A DNA stretch of 64,000 nucleotides, taken from the NCBI GenBank assembly GCA_002269645.1, contig NIVC01001385.1, positions 124,001-188,000 of the forward strand, given 5' to 3'. The notes under the pieces were generated by a model, which saw only the letters and a list, made by a program, of their open reading frames with translations, was not told where the DNA came from and ran no database searches. The number at the start of each line of letters is the position of its first letter. Positions within the stretch are counted from its first letter, which is position 1. Position numbers and translations under genes: made by a program. This document shows, piece after piece, positions 1-10,796 of the stretch. The DNA comes from Macrostomum lignano (Eukaryota).

Positions 1-619
1 ACTCTGGTCCACGATGAAAGTCCGATCGAAGAAGCTGAGAGAGCGTCAGTGGCTTTGTGCAGTGGTCTGCTGGGTTCAGTGCGGTTGGTACATATCGGCG
101 ATCATTCGTGAGGCCGGAATTCATGATCTCCTGAACGCGGTGACGCTCGTATGGGCGAAGCTTGTCCGATTTGGCATCGCGATGGAGCCAGTAGAGGACT
201 ATCTGGCTATCGATGTAGTGGGTAATGCTCACGATGTTAAGAGTTGAGGTGAGCATATCTCGAAGGAGTGCTGTAGCACAAGTGGCGACCAGAGCAGCCC
301 ACAGTTCAATGCGAGGTATAGTAATGTGGAGATGCTTCTTACCAATTGGAACGAGGCGTGCCTTAGCGTAGAGAAGTGTCGCGTTCACATTGTCACCCAC
401 ATGCTGGTACCATAAATCAAATCATAAACCATAAGCCCTCTGTGAACCATCGCTAAAGATGACCAGTCGGCAGGGCTCCGAGCGATCTGAGACGCAGCGA
501 CGAGGCAACGTTATACGGTCTATGTTGGCAAAGTCGTCCCGAAGAGTACGCCATGCGTCGACCGTGGCTTCATCAGCGGGTTGGTCCCAGGAATCCCCGG
601 CACGGAAAGCCGTGTGGAA
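1..619 (-). mobile_element. BEL/Pao LTR retrotransposon pol fragment (RT-RNase H connection and RNase H), truncated at 619 and running off the window start
   Basis: Manual minus-strand translation (absent from the ORF track): WDQP..W..LPRR..LVIFSDGSQRAYG, a frameshift near 420, then LLYAKARLVP..TIPRIELWAAL..DSQIVLYWL..YVPTALNPADHCTK. These are the BEL/Pao RNase H (Peptidase_A17-type) motifs. Confidence 0.9.
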
Positions 620-762
620 TAAGGATTATCAATTAAGCAATAGATATATACGAGCACGCATTGTATGAGCATAAGGATTATCAATTAAGCAAAAGATATA
701 TACGAGCACGCATTGTATGAGCATAAGGATTATCAATTAAGCAATAGATATATACGAGCACG
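620..762. repeat. 52-bp tandem repeat, about 2.75 copies
   Basis: Unit TAAGGATTATCAATTAAGCAATAGATATATACGAGCACGCATTGTATGAGCA starts at 620, 672 and 724. Confidence 0.95.
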
Positions 763-1082
763 TAAAATGTTAGTTATGCCTAGTACTTGAATTCATGCCG
801 AATTCCGTTGGCAGGCTGCTCTTAATGGGCCATCCCAGCTTGTCGGCCATCCAGCAGATCTCGAATCTTAGTTGCGCCTGTTGGTAGAACCATCCTGACT
901 GGGTAATGTCGTGCAGAGCGTACATAACGGCCTTGCGCCAGGCCGCTATGCATTGCTCATGCGTGAAGCTGGCCTGTACGTCCTCGATCGCCGCCTCTGG
1001 CTCTTTAGTTTGAGGCAGGAAGCCCCTCCCATCCACCTTTAGCAGAGCCACGCTGAGCAGGTATGCCTTGAGCTTAATGATG

Positions 1083-2099
1083 GGCATAAGTGTGTATAAG
1101 TAGGTGACGCCAGACGGCCTCTCGGACACCTTCGACATGTCATCCGGAGTGCTCCAGGGGGACACGCTGGCGCCCTTCCTGTTTGTACTGGTTCTGGACT
1201 GGGTGCTGCGGACTGCCCTACCAACAGCCGACGATGGCTTGCTCCTGCAACGCCGTGTGGGCCGCCGCCAGCCAGAGCGTCGCCTCAGCATCCTGGGCTA
1301 CGCCGATGATCTCGCCCTACTGTCCTCAACCGTCGAGGGAGCCCAACGTCAGCTGGACCGTCTGGTTGGCGTTGCTGCGAGCGTCGGCCTGTTGATCAAC
1401 ACGCAAAAGACCGTCGTGCTCACCATGCCCACCAACATCCAAGCCGACATCTACTGCCGAGGCGCTGATGGGCAGGAAACGCTGCTGCCGCGCGTTCAGC
1501 AGTTCGTGTACCTCGGCGGCCTGGTACCTGACGCCTTCGACGACCTGAGGCGTCGCCGTGGACTCGCTTGGGCGGCCTTCAACTCCATGAGAACCGTCCT
1601 GCACTCTGCGGCCCTGCCAGACCGCCAGCGCTCGGCGTTGTTCCAGGCGGTGATCGAGACCGTCGTGCTCTACAAAGCCGAAATATGGACGCTGACGGAG
1701 ACGCTCGAGCGACAGGTCGACGCGGCGCACGCCGGCCTGCTGCGCGCTGCCTTCAAGATCGGCGGCGGCGAGCATGTCACCAACGCGGCGCTGTACGCCC
1801 GAGCTCGCCTGGCCCGCCCCAGCGATCTGCTCCGCCGCCGGCGGCTCCAGCTGGCAGGCCACCTCATCCGCGCTGAGGCGTACTGCCCCGAGCCGGCGCA
1901 GGAGACGCTGCTGCTTGCGCTCCCGGCGCCCTTCCGGCGGGGGCAGGCGCGCACTCGGCGGTATCCGGACTGCCTGCTGGCCGATGCTGGCGCCCCCGAC
2001 CAGGCCGGTGGACCGGCCTTTCTCCGCTCCTGTGCTCTGAGGCGCGACCTGTGACGCCCAACATCGACCCTAGGGCGTAACTTGTTGTTGTTGTTGTTC
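1083..2099 (+). mobile_element. 5'-truncated RTE-clade non-LTR retrotransposon (RT C-terminal half)
   Basis: ORF 1104-2054 with SGVLQGDTLAPFLF and YADD. Short 3' UTR, (TTG)n tail at 2082-2098, and a 6-bp TSD ATGATG at 1077-1082 and 2100-2105. Confidence 0.92.
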
Positions 2100-2589
2100 A
2101 TGATGACCTGCTTGTAAGGCGCTTGAAGGTGACTCGGGACTTCTCGCTGCACTGCAGAAAAATCTCCCCCCCCCCCAGAGCCATTGGATACTGCAGCCGG
2201 CGGCTTCTTGGTGGAGCTGTCGAGGCTGCTTGCATGCTGACGGCCGGGGTCTGAGGCTGCACCGATGGCACACACTGCGATGTCGTGGCGGCTGACTGCG
2301 GCCGTGAATGCTGTCGCGGAAGAATCAACCTAGGTTGCTTGATAGTGACGAACTGAGTTGGGTTCGACCCTGGCGGCTGTCTCTTACGTATGCTCTCGCT
2401 TATCTCAACTGGTTTATTGGCTTGGTCCTGCAGCAATGATGCCCGATCCTGGATCATGTGGCACGGGTATTTTCCGCGCTGCCGGCCTTATCACCACAGA
2501 CTTCAGTCGAGTACTTCTTCCTTGACCAACTGAGGCTGCCTCCGGTCCTTGGTCTTCAATTACTATTGTCTCTGCCTCTTCTTGCTCGT

Positions 2590-3036
2590 TCTTCTGGGCA
2601 ACTACTGCCTCTTGTCCTTGCTGTTGGGCAATTACCGCCTCTTGTCCTTGCTGTTGGGCGATTACCGCCTCGTGTCCTTGCTGTTGGGCGATTACCGCCT
2701 CTTGTCCTTGCTGTTGGGCAATTACCGCCTCTTGTCCTTGCTGTTGGGCGATTACCGCCTCTTGTCCTTGCTGTTGGGCGATTACCGCCTCTTGTCCTTG
2801 CTGTTGGGCAATTACCGCCTCTTGTCCTTGCTGTTGGGCGATTACCGCCTCTTGTCCTTGCTGTTGGGCAATTACCGCCTCTTGTCCTTGCTGTTGGGCG
2901 ATTACCGCCTCTTTTCCTTGCTGTTGGGCGATTACCGCCTCTTTTCCTTGCTGTTGGGTGATTACCGCCTCTTGTCCTTGCTGTTGGGCGATTACCGCCT
3001 CTTGTCCTTGCTGTTGGGCGATTACCGCCTCTTGTT
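2590..3036 (-). repeat. Coding 30-bp minisatellite, 14-15 copies, encoding QEAVIAQQQG
   Basis: The near-perfect unit CTTGTCCTTGCTGTTGGGCGATTACCGCCT is open in the minus frame of ORF 2414-3103. Confidence 0.95.
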
Positions 3037-3175
3037 CGCTTACTGGAATTGTAAAGTCTCCTAATAAATACTCAAAATCTGCGAAAAGATCAATTTCATC
3101 CATAATATTTATCTAGTTGGTTCTTATCTGTTAAGTCTAACTTCCATCCTGACTCCTTCCTAGTCTAAGTGTCCC

Positions 3176-3307
3176 TTTTTATATAGTTTTTGATTCCCCC
3201 CGCTGAGTTATTTCAAACAAACTGACTTGTTTTTATCTGTACAAATTATCTTATTGGCCGTTGCGCAATAAAAACTTGATTTAAACCGCAACTGAATTCT
3301 TATTGGC
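3176..3307 (-). promoter_or_regulatory. Candidate Pol II promoter (two CCAAT boxes and a TATA box) for the extra ORF
   Basis: On the minus strand, identical GCCAATAAGA 10-mers at 3307-3298 and 3258-3249, then TATATAAAAA at 3185-3176, about 75 nt upstream of the ATG at 3103. Confidence 0.55.
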
Positions 3308-3367
3308 TGGCTAAAAGTTTAGTTTCTCTAATAAACTCCATACAGTAGCAAGCTTTTTTAGATAACA

Positions 3368-3772
3368 CTAGCATTTGACTGGCGGCCTAGTACGGCTGCG
3401 TGTGTTATATGGTTTAGTTTTATTACCCTCTTTGTCTAGCGTACCCCCATTCTCAGTGTGGCCCGCATGCGCGCCTTCTCCCCCTGGTTCTGTTTCATGT
3501 CTGTTATCGATCGTTACTTCTCCTCCCTCTCTCTCTGGTCTCTCCATCTCCTCTTCCGCTAGGCTCTCATGTTGCATATTATTTTCTTATCTCAGCTTCT
3601 GGTTAGGCTTCCAACTCTAATTCATTCTCATGTACCGATTGTTCATTTTCACGAATTTTGCAGAACCAATTCGGGTATTCCTCATCAGAGCTTTTTTCTT
3701 CAGATTCTAATTCGATAATCGGCTTTTCTAATCTATTCTTTCTGGCGTGGCTTCCCTTACCTGATTGTCCTA
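3368..3772 (-). mobile_element. Low-complexity C-terminal tail of the Gypsy-type pol/integrase, separated from the rest by EnSpm-A
   Basis: Removing 3773-10796 restores the open frame ..KCLNRKNQQEV|GQSGKGSHARKNRLEKP... The tail ends PYNTRSRTRPPVKC* after a frameshift near 3590. Confidence 0.7.
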
Positions 3773-4962
3773 CACTGTAAATTGTAGAGGTCCGAAAAAA
3801 GGTACGCTGGAGGTCCAAATGAAGGTCCGAAGCGTAGCCATATACGGACCTCTATGGTTAAGGGGTCCGAATGTCAGCGAGAGGTCCGATTTTCTCCAAT
3901 ACCAATTTTTGAGGTGCATCGAAGCAAAAAATGAAAGGCTCAAACCAGTATGCCTGTTTTCATTTAAATTCCAATAGCATTATGACTCAGCTGTCTTCTG
4001 TTGGCTCTTAAGCGTACTTATTGACTTAAATACAGCCATAGGATTTGTATATTGTCGAACTTGAGAAACTAAGTATTTATGATTTCATAAATAATTAATA
4101 TCAAATAAGCACATGTTGACAGCACTGTGACAACCAAGATTTTAGAAAAATAAATAGTGCAGCACCAAAAGAATAGATCATGCATGGCAAATAGGTAAAA
4201 CAGCGGATAGGAGATTTTTTTGTTGGTACATTTTACAGAACTCTTGTAGCATCAGTTTCCATGTTTTTTCTCACTCTCGCTCTCACTTTTTGGTCCGCCT
4301 GTATACGTCTATAGTATAATGTTCAAGTTAAAAACTATACTTCGTTGAATTTTTAAAAAGATCGTAATGCAACAATAGGGTAACATACTACTTTCATCAT
4401 GATTTTAATCCACAGACAGAAGTTATAACAAAAAAGTGCACAGCAAAACATAAAAAAACAAATGCTACACATTCACTTACTCGTTAATAAAAACTGCAGT
4501 TAAACCTGCTTTTCACACCCGTTGGTCCGACAAAATTGGCTACCTGACCAGAAGGAAATCGCAGTCACGCGATAAAAAATTCGTGCTGCATCTCACCCAT
4601 TGCACGAACTGTTTATACCATTTTGCTTTTTATTTCGGCAAATCTGCAATTGATTTCGGCAGGCACTGCGTGCTCACATAATCAAACTGACATATCTCAC
4701 TCGCACGCAAGCAAGAAGTAAACGTTTTGTGTTTGCAATAGATCTGCCAAAATCTATCGCAGTTTTGACGAATTTTATTGCAGCATCGTCCATGGATGGA
4801 CCTTGCCATAGACTATATGCTGCACCACACAGCTCTTCCCCAATATAATGCGAGCATCTGTGGAAATCAACTGCAGATATGCCGAAAAAATGCAAAATGG
4901 TATATTACGACCGTCAGGATTAGGCTACTTAGTAAAAATTGCATGGACTGTTCAATAAACGG

Positions 4963-6607
4963 TCACTGAAATGCAGAAACCAGAGTTGCAGCCATGGTCC
5001 GAGTAACGGCAGACCGCCGGTAAAGACCAGCTAATACTTCTATTGCTTCGAGAAAGGCCTCCAGGCATGGCAGATGCTGCAGATTAAATGCGATAAAGAC
5101 CAATATGAATGAGACTATTGTCTCTAAGTTAGACTCAAATCGCAGCTCGCCGCCGTTGACAGAAACGCCGCACCACAAACTGCCATCTCGTACAATGCGA
5201 ACGGGCAGCTCCGAGGAAAATATCTTGGCTGGCTCGCACTTCATTCAGCCCAGGAGTATGCAGACCGCATGTGCCAGCTTTTGCTCTTCATCCTCCACAG
5301 CTCCAACGAATGGCTTGCAGTGCTGGAAGCGCTGCATAGTGGATCGCTTGTCCCAGACACGAAGCAGAGCGATGCGGATGTTCACTGCTAGGTCTTTTGG
5401 CGAACCTGGCAGAACGTAGCCAGCCTTCCGTTTGCTGTTGTAAAGCTCGATCATTAGGCAGGCCTCTTGAAGTAGGACAGGAGCAAGGCAGAGCGGCCTA
5501 TATAACTCCAGCTCATCCTCCACAGTCAGCTCCTGACAGCGCAACGCTCTATGGAGGAAGAGCTCCCTCATAGCATCGCACACGTCTTCAATCTGCATAT
5601 TGTCAAAAGTCTCGTTAAGATGGATGCGTGCTGCTTCGTGCTGGGACAAATCGCCAGGCTCGCCAAGGTAAATGCTCTTTGCGATGCTGCTGGCCCCGAC
5701 ACTAGGGGCGTCATCGAGATGATGTCGCTTCGCCACCGGCTGATCGTTGTCACTTTCCTCTTCGCTGTCGTCAGCATTGCTATCTTACCCGTCTCTCGCC
5801 TCCTTGCTGCTATCAGCTGTGCGGTTCTTGGATGCTGGGTATCAATCTCAGTCGCCTTGCGTTTGCACCCATGCTTCCGACGAATCTCCAGGACGTAGGG
5901 GCTGCTGCACTCCGGCAGAATCTTGCTCCGCATCTCCTTCAAACGGCGACGGATCTTCATTCGCCAAAACATGCACCCGTCCTCTGTGTCGTCGCGCAAA
6001 CCAGGAAAGGATGCGATGATAGCAAGGCAAATGCCGTGAATCTAAGCACCTTTAAGGTACGGGTCGTCGACCGTTTTGTATTTGTCAAAAACGTCGTTCA
6101 TGATGTGCTTCAAAAATCGGTTGACAAAAGGCGCCGACAATTTGTAGTCTGATCCTCGCTTCGGATTGCGCCGCAGGTCCTGCAGAGAGGCTTCCAGCCC
6201 TGGCATTGATGGCAGCACATAGACCAGAGGCCAGTCCAGTGCAGATGCCGTCGCACCGCTCGATGCCGCCGCCCCACTGCTCGATGCCACCGCACTACCT
6301 CTCGATGCCGCCGCCCCACTGCTCGATGCCGCCGCACCACCACTCGATGCCGCCACTCCATCACTCGGTGCTGACGCCAGATTGTCCACGAGAAGGAATT
6401 CATCCGGTAGAAGAAAAACTAGGTCGTCGCCACGGTTGCTCAAGTCTGGAAGAAATTCGTCATCGTCGACCTCAAATCAAAGTAACGATTCGAATTCCAT
6501 CGACCAACTCGATGCCCAACTTAGTGCAACCCTGCAGCAGCAAGGCCTCCACCGTTGAAGCATTCACCAGCTTCTTCAGCGTCCTATCGCGGTTCCTGAT
6601 TCGCAAC
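4963..6607 (-). pseudogene. EnSpm-A accessory ORF2: CIDE-N-like N-terminus plus a SAMD3-like transposon-associated body; two stops and two frameshifts
   Basis: Acceptor TTTCATTTCAG near 6608. Then LRIRNRDRTLKKLVNASTVEALL..EVDDDEFLPDL, IIASFPGLRDD..FWRMKIRRRLKEMRSK, MRELFLHR..YRPLC and FILVFIAFNLQHLPCLEAFLE. ORFs 6443-6042, 5999-5568, 5736-5245 and 5244-4963 are collinear. Confidence 0.65.
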
Positions 6608-6796
6608 TGAAATGAAAAAGAAAACACCTCTAGTGCTCGAATAACACACACAACCAGAGAGACGGACAGATAGACAGATGGCGAGAGATAGATAGATAGA
6701 GAGAGATGGAGACTGGAAAAAGAACAGAAAGCAAAGATGAGATGTGAGAACATTGAAATGTAAAGTGCATTTAGTAAAGTATGGGGCAGTATAGGC

Positions 6797-7160
6797 GGGA
6801 CTGCATCTCAGTCCCATCTTTTGACAGCTTTGCTGACTGGCCAATAAGAGCACACTGCACTTTTCAAGGCAAGACTTGCTCCATAGGTGGGGACTGCATC
6901 TTATTTAGTCCCATCTTTTGACAGCTTTGCTGACTGGCCAATAAGAACACAAGTTGCACTTTTCAAGGCAAGACTTGCTCCATAGGTGGGGACTGCATCT
7001 CATTTAGTCCCATCTTTTGACAGCTTTGCTGACTGGCCAATAAGAACACAAGTTGCACTTTTCAAGGCAAGACTTGCTCCATAGGTGGGGACTGCATCTC
7101 ATTTAGTCCCATCTTTTGACAGCTTTGCTGAGTTGCCCATAAGAACATATTGCACTTTCA
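6797..7160. repeat. 99-bp tandem array (about 3.7 copies) between the transposase and ORF2 of EnSpm-A
   Basis: GGACTGCATC recurs at 6891, 6990 and 7089. Each unit carries a GGGACT..AGTCCC inverted repeat, and the first three carry GGCCAATAAGA. Confidence 0.92.
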
Positions 7161-7449
7161 ATTTCAAAGACCTGCTTTGTGGGTGGGAAATCATTGCTTT
7201 ATTTGTCCTTTTTGTCAGTTTGGATACCATTCTGATTACTTTTTATTACAATACAATATAATACAATATAGTAATATTGGTTGACCTTAGTCATATCAAT
7301 ATCAATAATAGTCTAAGTAGATATACCTGTTTAAGAGTTAGTCCATAGTATAATTTTTTCCACTTTCGAAAAATGAAAATTAGAAAAATATTATCAGAAA
7401 AAGTAGGCATAGAAAATGAGAATGGAAAAGCCAGATACAAAGGAAAAGA

Positions 7450-10189
7450 AATTCAAATGTGTTACATATGACTGCAAGCACCAGAGGTTGGACCAGATGT
7501 CCAGAATAGCAAATAGCAACATTTTGGCTTTGAATGTGCTGCAACTGGTACAGCTGTTTAAATTTAATATCTGTTAGATATCAGCAAGTGATATCGTCAA
7601 AAGCCCTAAAAAGGGGATACCAAAAATTAAACAGCTGCCGTTGTCATGGAGTCTTGGAGGAGACATCAACATGTTCATAGTATTATTAATAATTACACTA
7701 TTTAGTTGACTATTAATTAGAAGCATCAATTGAAAAAAGTTACACTTACTCTAAGATAGTCTAAATAAGCAATCCTATGGCTAAAAATATACAATTATAT
7801 ACTTCATTCATATGTCAATGAAATTATACACTATATTGTCATTTTGAACAATACAAGAATAACAATTAAAATGACATAAAAATTGACTTTTAACTTCTTT
7901 ACAAACTACGAGCTATAACCCATCTATTTTGAACTTGTAAAATCTTAGAAAGTAACAAGAAAGTAAGATTCTGATTTTGAACAATAGGAACAACATATCT
8001 AATTTAATGTTGGTTCCTTATAATGAAACCCTTTAAACTTTAGACTTGGTGTCGAGAAACAAAATTTTCCAATGTTAGGATACTCAATTTGAAGCCTTTG
8101 ACATAGCACAATCTGATCAGGATATTGGAGACAAGAATCAAGTGAAATAGCAAACAAATTGCTATATTGAAAGTCTATGAAAACATAGTGTGATAAAACC
8201 AAAGCCTTTCAAATTTGATATTTCTTTGCACATGTATAGACAACATTTTTATAGTTCCTAGATCTTCTACTAATATCCTTGATAACTTGGTGCTCTGATT
8301 CATTACGCATTGTCAAAAGATAATATAAACCATAATATAATTTATGCAGGTCTGGATAATGGCATATTTAATGTAGCTTACATTTATACTTAGGATTTCC
8401 ATTTGTATACTTATAAATACACTCCATTTGGACAGAAATTAAATGTTTAATATAATATTGGCTAATATCAATATTATTATAAGGCATAAAGACAAAGTTT
8501 ACAAACAAACGATGATATAGAAAAAGCATCCATACTTCATATCTATGGGATAAATATTGCCAAATAATATACCAAAATATTGTAAAAGATGTAACATTTG
8601 GCTAGCAGTACATGGCAAATGAAAATTTTGAATATGATACTTAGTTAAGATTCAGGAAAAGGAAAGGAAAGGAAAATCTTTCTTAGGAAAAGATTCATAC
8701 GGAACTAGTGACAACTGTCTATTAATATATTCAATGCTTATATAAAAGTTTTTCATAGCATTTTCTAAAACAATACATAATACAATATGTGAAACACCTT
8801 CTAATATATCATGCATAATATCAGGTGCAAAGAAGAATGGAAACTCAATATATAAAAGATTTTGAAAAGGAGATACATTGATAAACCCTCTAATTGCATT
8901 ACGTGATGCATCAATTATAATAGTTATGATAATTAAAACTAAATAATTCACTTAAATTGTCATAATCAATGTTGCAAATATCACTATACTTGAAAAACAT
9001 TTATAAGGGCCAATTATTTGATGCATTGATAAATTGTCACCTGTCATAAAGCAAGCTATAACTGGTAATTTTACTGATTCACTAATTTTAAATTCATTTA
9101 TATATAAATCATTCAGTTCTTTGATTAGTGGGTCTAAACAAAAATCTAAACCCAGTTGCTTAATTTTTTATCTGTAAAAATCATAATAAAAAACAAAATT
9201 TGATTTTGAATTGAAGTGGTCTGGAAAATTAAGAATATTATAATAAATAACACATATTTATGCTTAGTCTTGGCTGAACCTATTGGATTACAAATTTCTA
9301 TTTCATCAGAATATAATTTCAGATAATATAATTATCTAAAATATCTAATTCCTTATCTAAATAAGGAACAATATAATTTAGAAAATAAGTGGACTTAAAA
9401 AAGATTGTCATTGCTGCATGAAGGCAAAATTAAATATTTTAATAAATATGGGTTTTTAATATTTGCAGTTAGCATTTCAAAGATTGAACTATATTGCAAT
9501 TTACTACTAGTACCATCATGGACAAAGGAAATAGGCTCTACAAAATTAAATAGATTTTTCAAAATTTCAATTATTTTTTTGTCTTTTAATAGATGGTCAA
9601 GTCATATGTCAATCATATGTTCCATATTTAAAGATTGTAATGTATTTTTGGCCAATATAGATGGATAATTTTCCTTAAGAAATTGGTTAAATAGCAAATT
9701 GTAGTCCTTTGCAAAGTCGGTGACAATTTCTTGAACTAAATGACTCAGTTGCAGAGTCTTTTGCTTAGGGATTAAAAAGAAATATTTGCTTTTCAAATAA
9801 AAATATACAAAGTTCCTTGCAAGCTTTGTCCTTATTTTATTTCAACATTCTTCAGTATTTAAATCCATTGAAGCCAAATCAACATCAGCAATATGCATAG
9901 GCTCCACCTCTACCTCAATATCAATACTAGCTTCTACATTATAATCATTTTCCTGTTGTTCTGCATGTAGGCCAATAGCAATATTACCATCAGTCCTATC
10001 TATGTTGGTAAAGTCAGTATGTACCCTACGAGCATGTGATCTTAATGTTTCAACAGTAGAGCAACTATGGGAGCATGTAATTAATGGACAGCGAAACCTT
10101 TTTTGTCCTAATGAATGATGATTTTTTATATGAGTTATTACACAAAAAGTATTATTATTTGTAAAGGAGCAAAAAGAGCAAGAAATCAT
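7450..10189 (-). pseudogene. EnSpm-A transposase, heavily degraded (3' boundary approximate)
   Basis: N-terminal C2H2-like fingers (CSFC..HIKNHH, CPLITC..HARRVH), then FVEP..LQY, LDPLIKELNDL, GDNLSMHQIIG, APDIMHDILEGV and CTASQMLHLL. Many stops and frameshifts. Confidence 0.75.
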
Positions 10190-10796
10190 TTATTGCATGA
10201 CTAATCTGGCGCAGGCAAACACGTTTAACCAATATACAAAGATTCTCATTAGCATACAAGCATGGTACAACAGTAGATAGGTGGCAAGGGCAAGACAGCT
10301 AAATAGTTTGCAGCTACAAAGACGTGCATTGCTCTAGGCCTACAAAGACGTGCATTTAAGGAGAATTCTTTCTTGACTTTCCGTTTATAAATTGATCAGA
10401 CCATGATAAATTCGATCAGTACGTATAAACAAAGGACAATAGGACTTAAGTATATCGATTGGACGATTCTTTTTTTCCTACTTTCAGTGCATCAACTAAG
10501 AAATATGTATTAAATAGAACATTAATTTTCCTCGAATACAATCTTTTTGTTACTTTATCGTTGTTGAATATTATAGAAACGTTTTCATTTTTAGACTGGT
10601 GGATGAAAACAATAGAAAAAGAATTCGCAAGGCTTCCTTGACTATTATTTGCTTTATTGTATTTAATATAGCAACTTACTAAGTGCGTTTGGCTTGAAAT
10701 TTGATCTTGCTATGCTATCTGCCTTTTTTTAATTCGGACCTCAAGGTCCGGTCATTGCATACGGACCTCCTCTGGACCTCTACAATTTACAGTGTA

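Larger units (their letters stand above)
770..3103 (-). pseudogene. Extra ORF of unknown function downstream of the Gypsy-type pol, disrupted by an RTE insertion and two frameshifts
   Basis: ORF 3103-2414 (MDEIDLF.., QEAVIAQQQG repeats) overlaps ORF 2457-2098. A C11 run at 2166-2176 shifts into the frame ..QAPYKQVI. Removing the LINE plus one ATGATG joins this in frame to IKLKAYLLSVALL..STRHN* (stop at 770). Confidence 0.5.
3773..10794 (-). mobile_element. EnSpm/CACTA (CMC) DNA transposon A, complete termini, 7022 bp
   Basis: Perfect 21-bp TIR CACTGTAAATTGTAGAGGTCC, 2-bp TSD TA (3771-3772 and 10795-10796), GAGGTCC/GGACCTC subterminal repeats at both ends, and two minus-strand genes inside. 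Confidence 0.93.

Noticed and set aside
770-2275. Long alternative-frame and antisense ORFs over the RTE, and similar ones over the Gypsy (28183-31981) and the repeat arrays
   Set aside because: These are shadow ORFs of GC-rich coding or repetitive DNA with no motifs. Only the parts outside the LINE (770-1076 and 2106-2275) were kept.
770-3103. Extra ORF as a retroviral env gene
   Set aside because: No signal peptide, furin site or C-terminal TM anchor is visible.
3681-3688. CTGATGA hammerhead core (also at 33616-33622)
   Set aside because: No stem II followed by GAAA and no flanking helices; the first lies inside a coding frame.
620-7160. 52-bp and 99-bp arrays (also the 40-, 54-, 55- and 63-bp arrays elsewhere) as CRISPR-like loci
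   Set aside because: The units are contiguous and near-identical with no unique spacers, there are no cas genes, and the context is eukaryotic.
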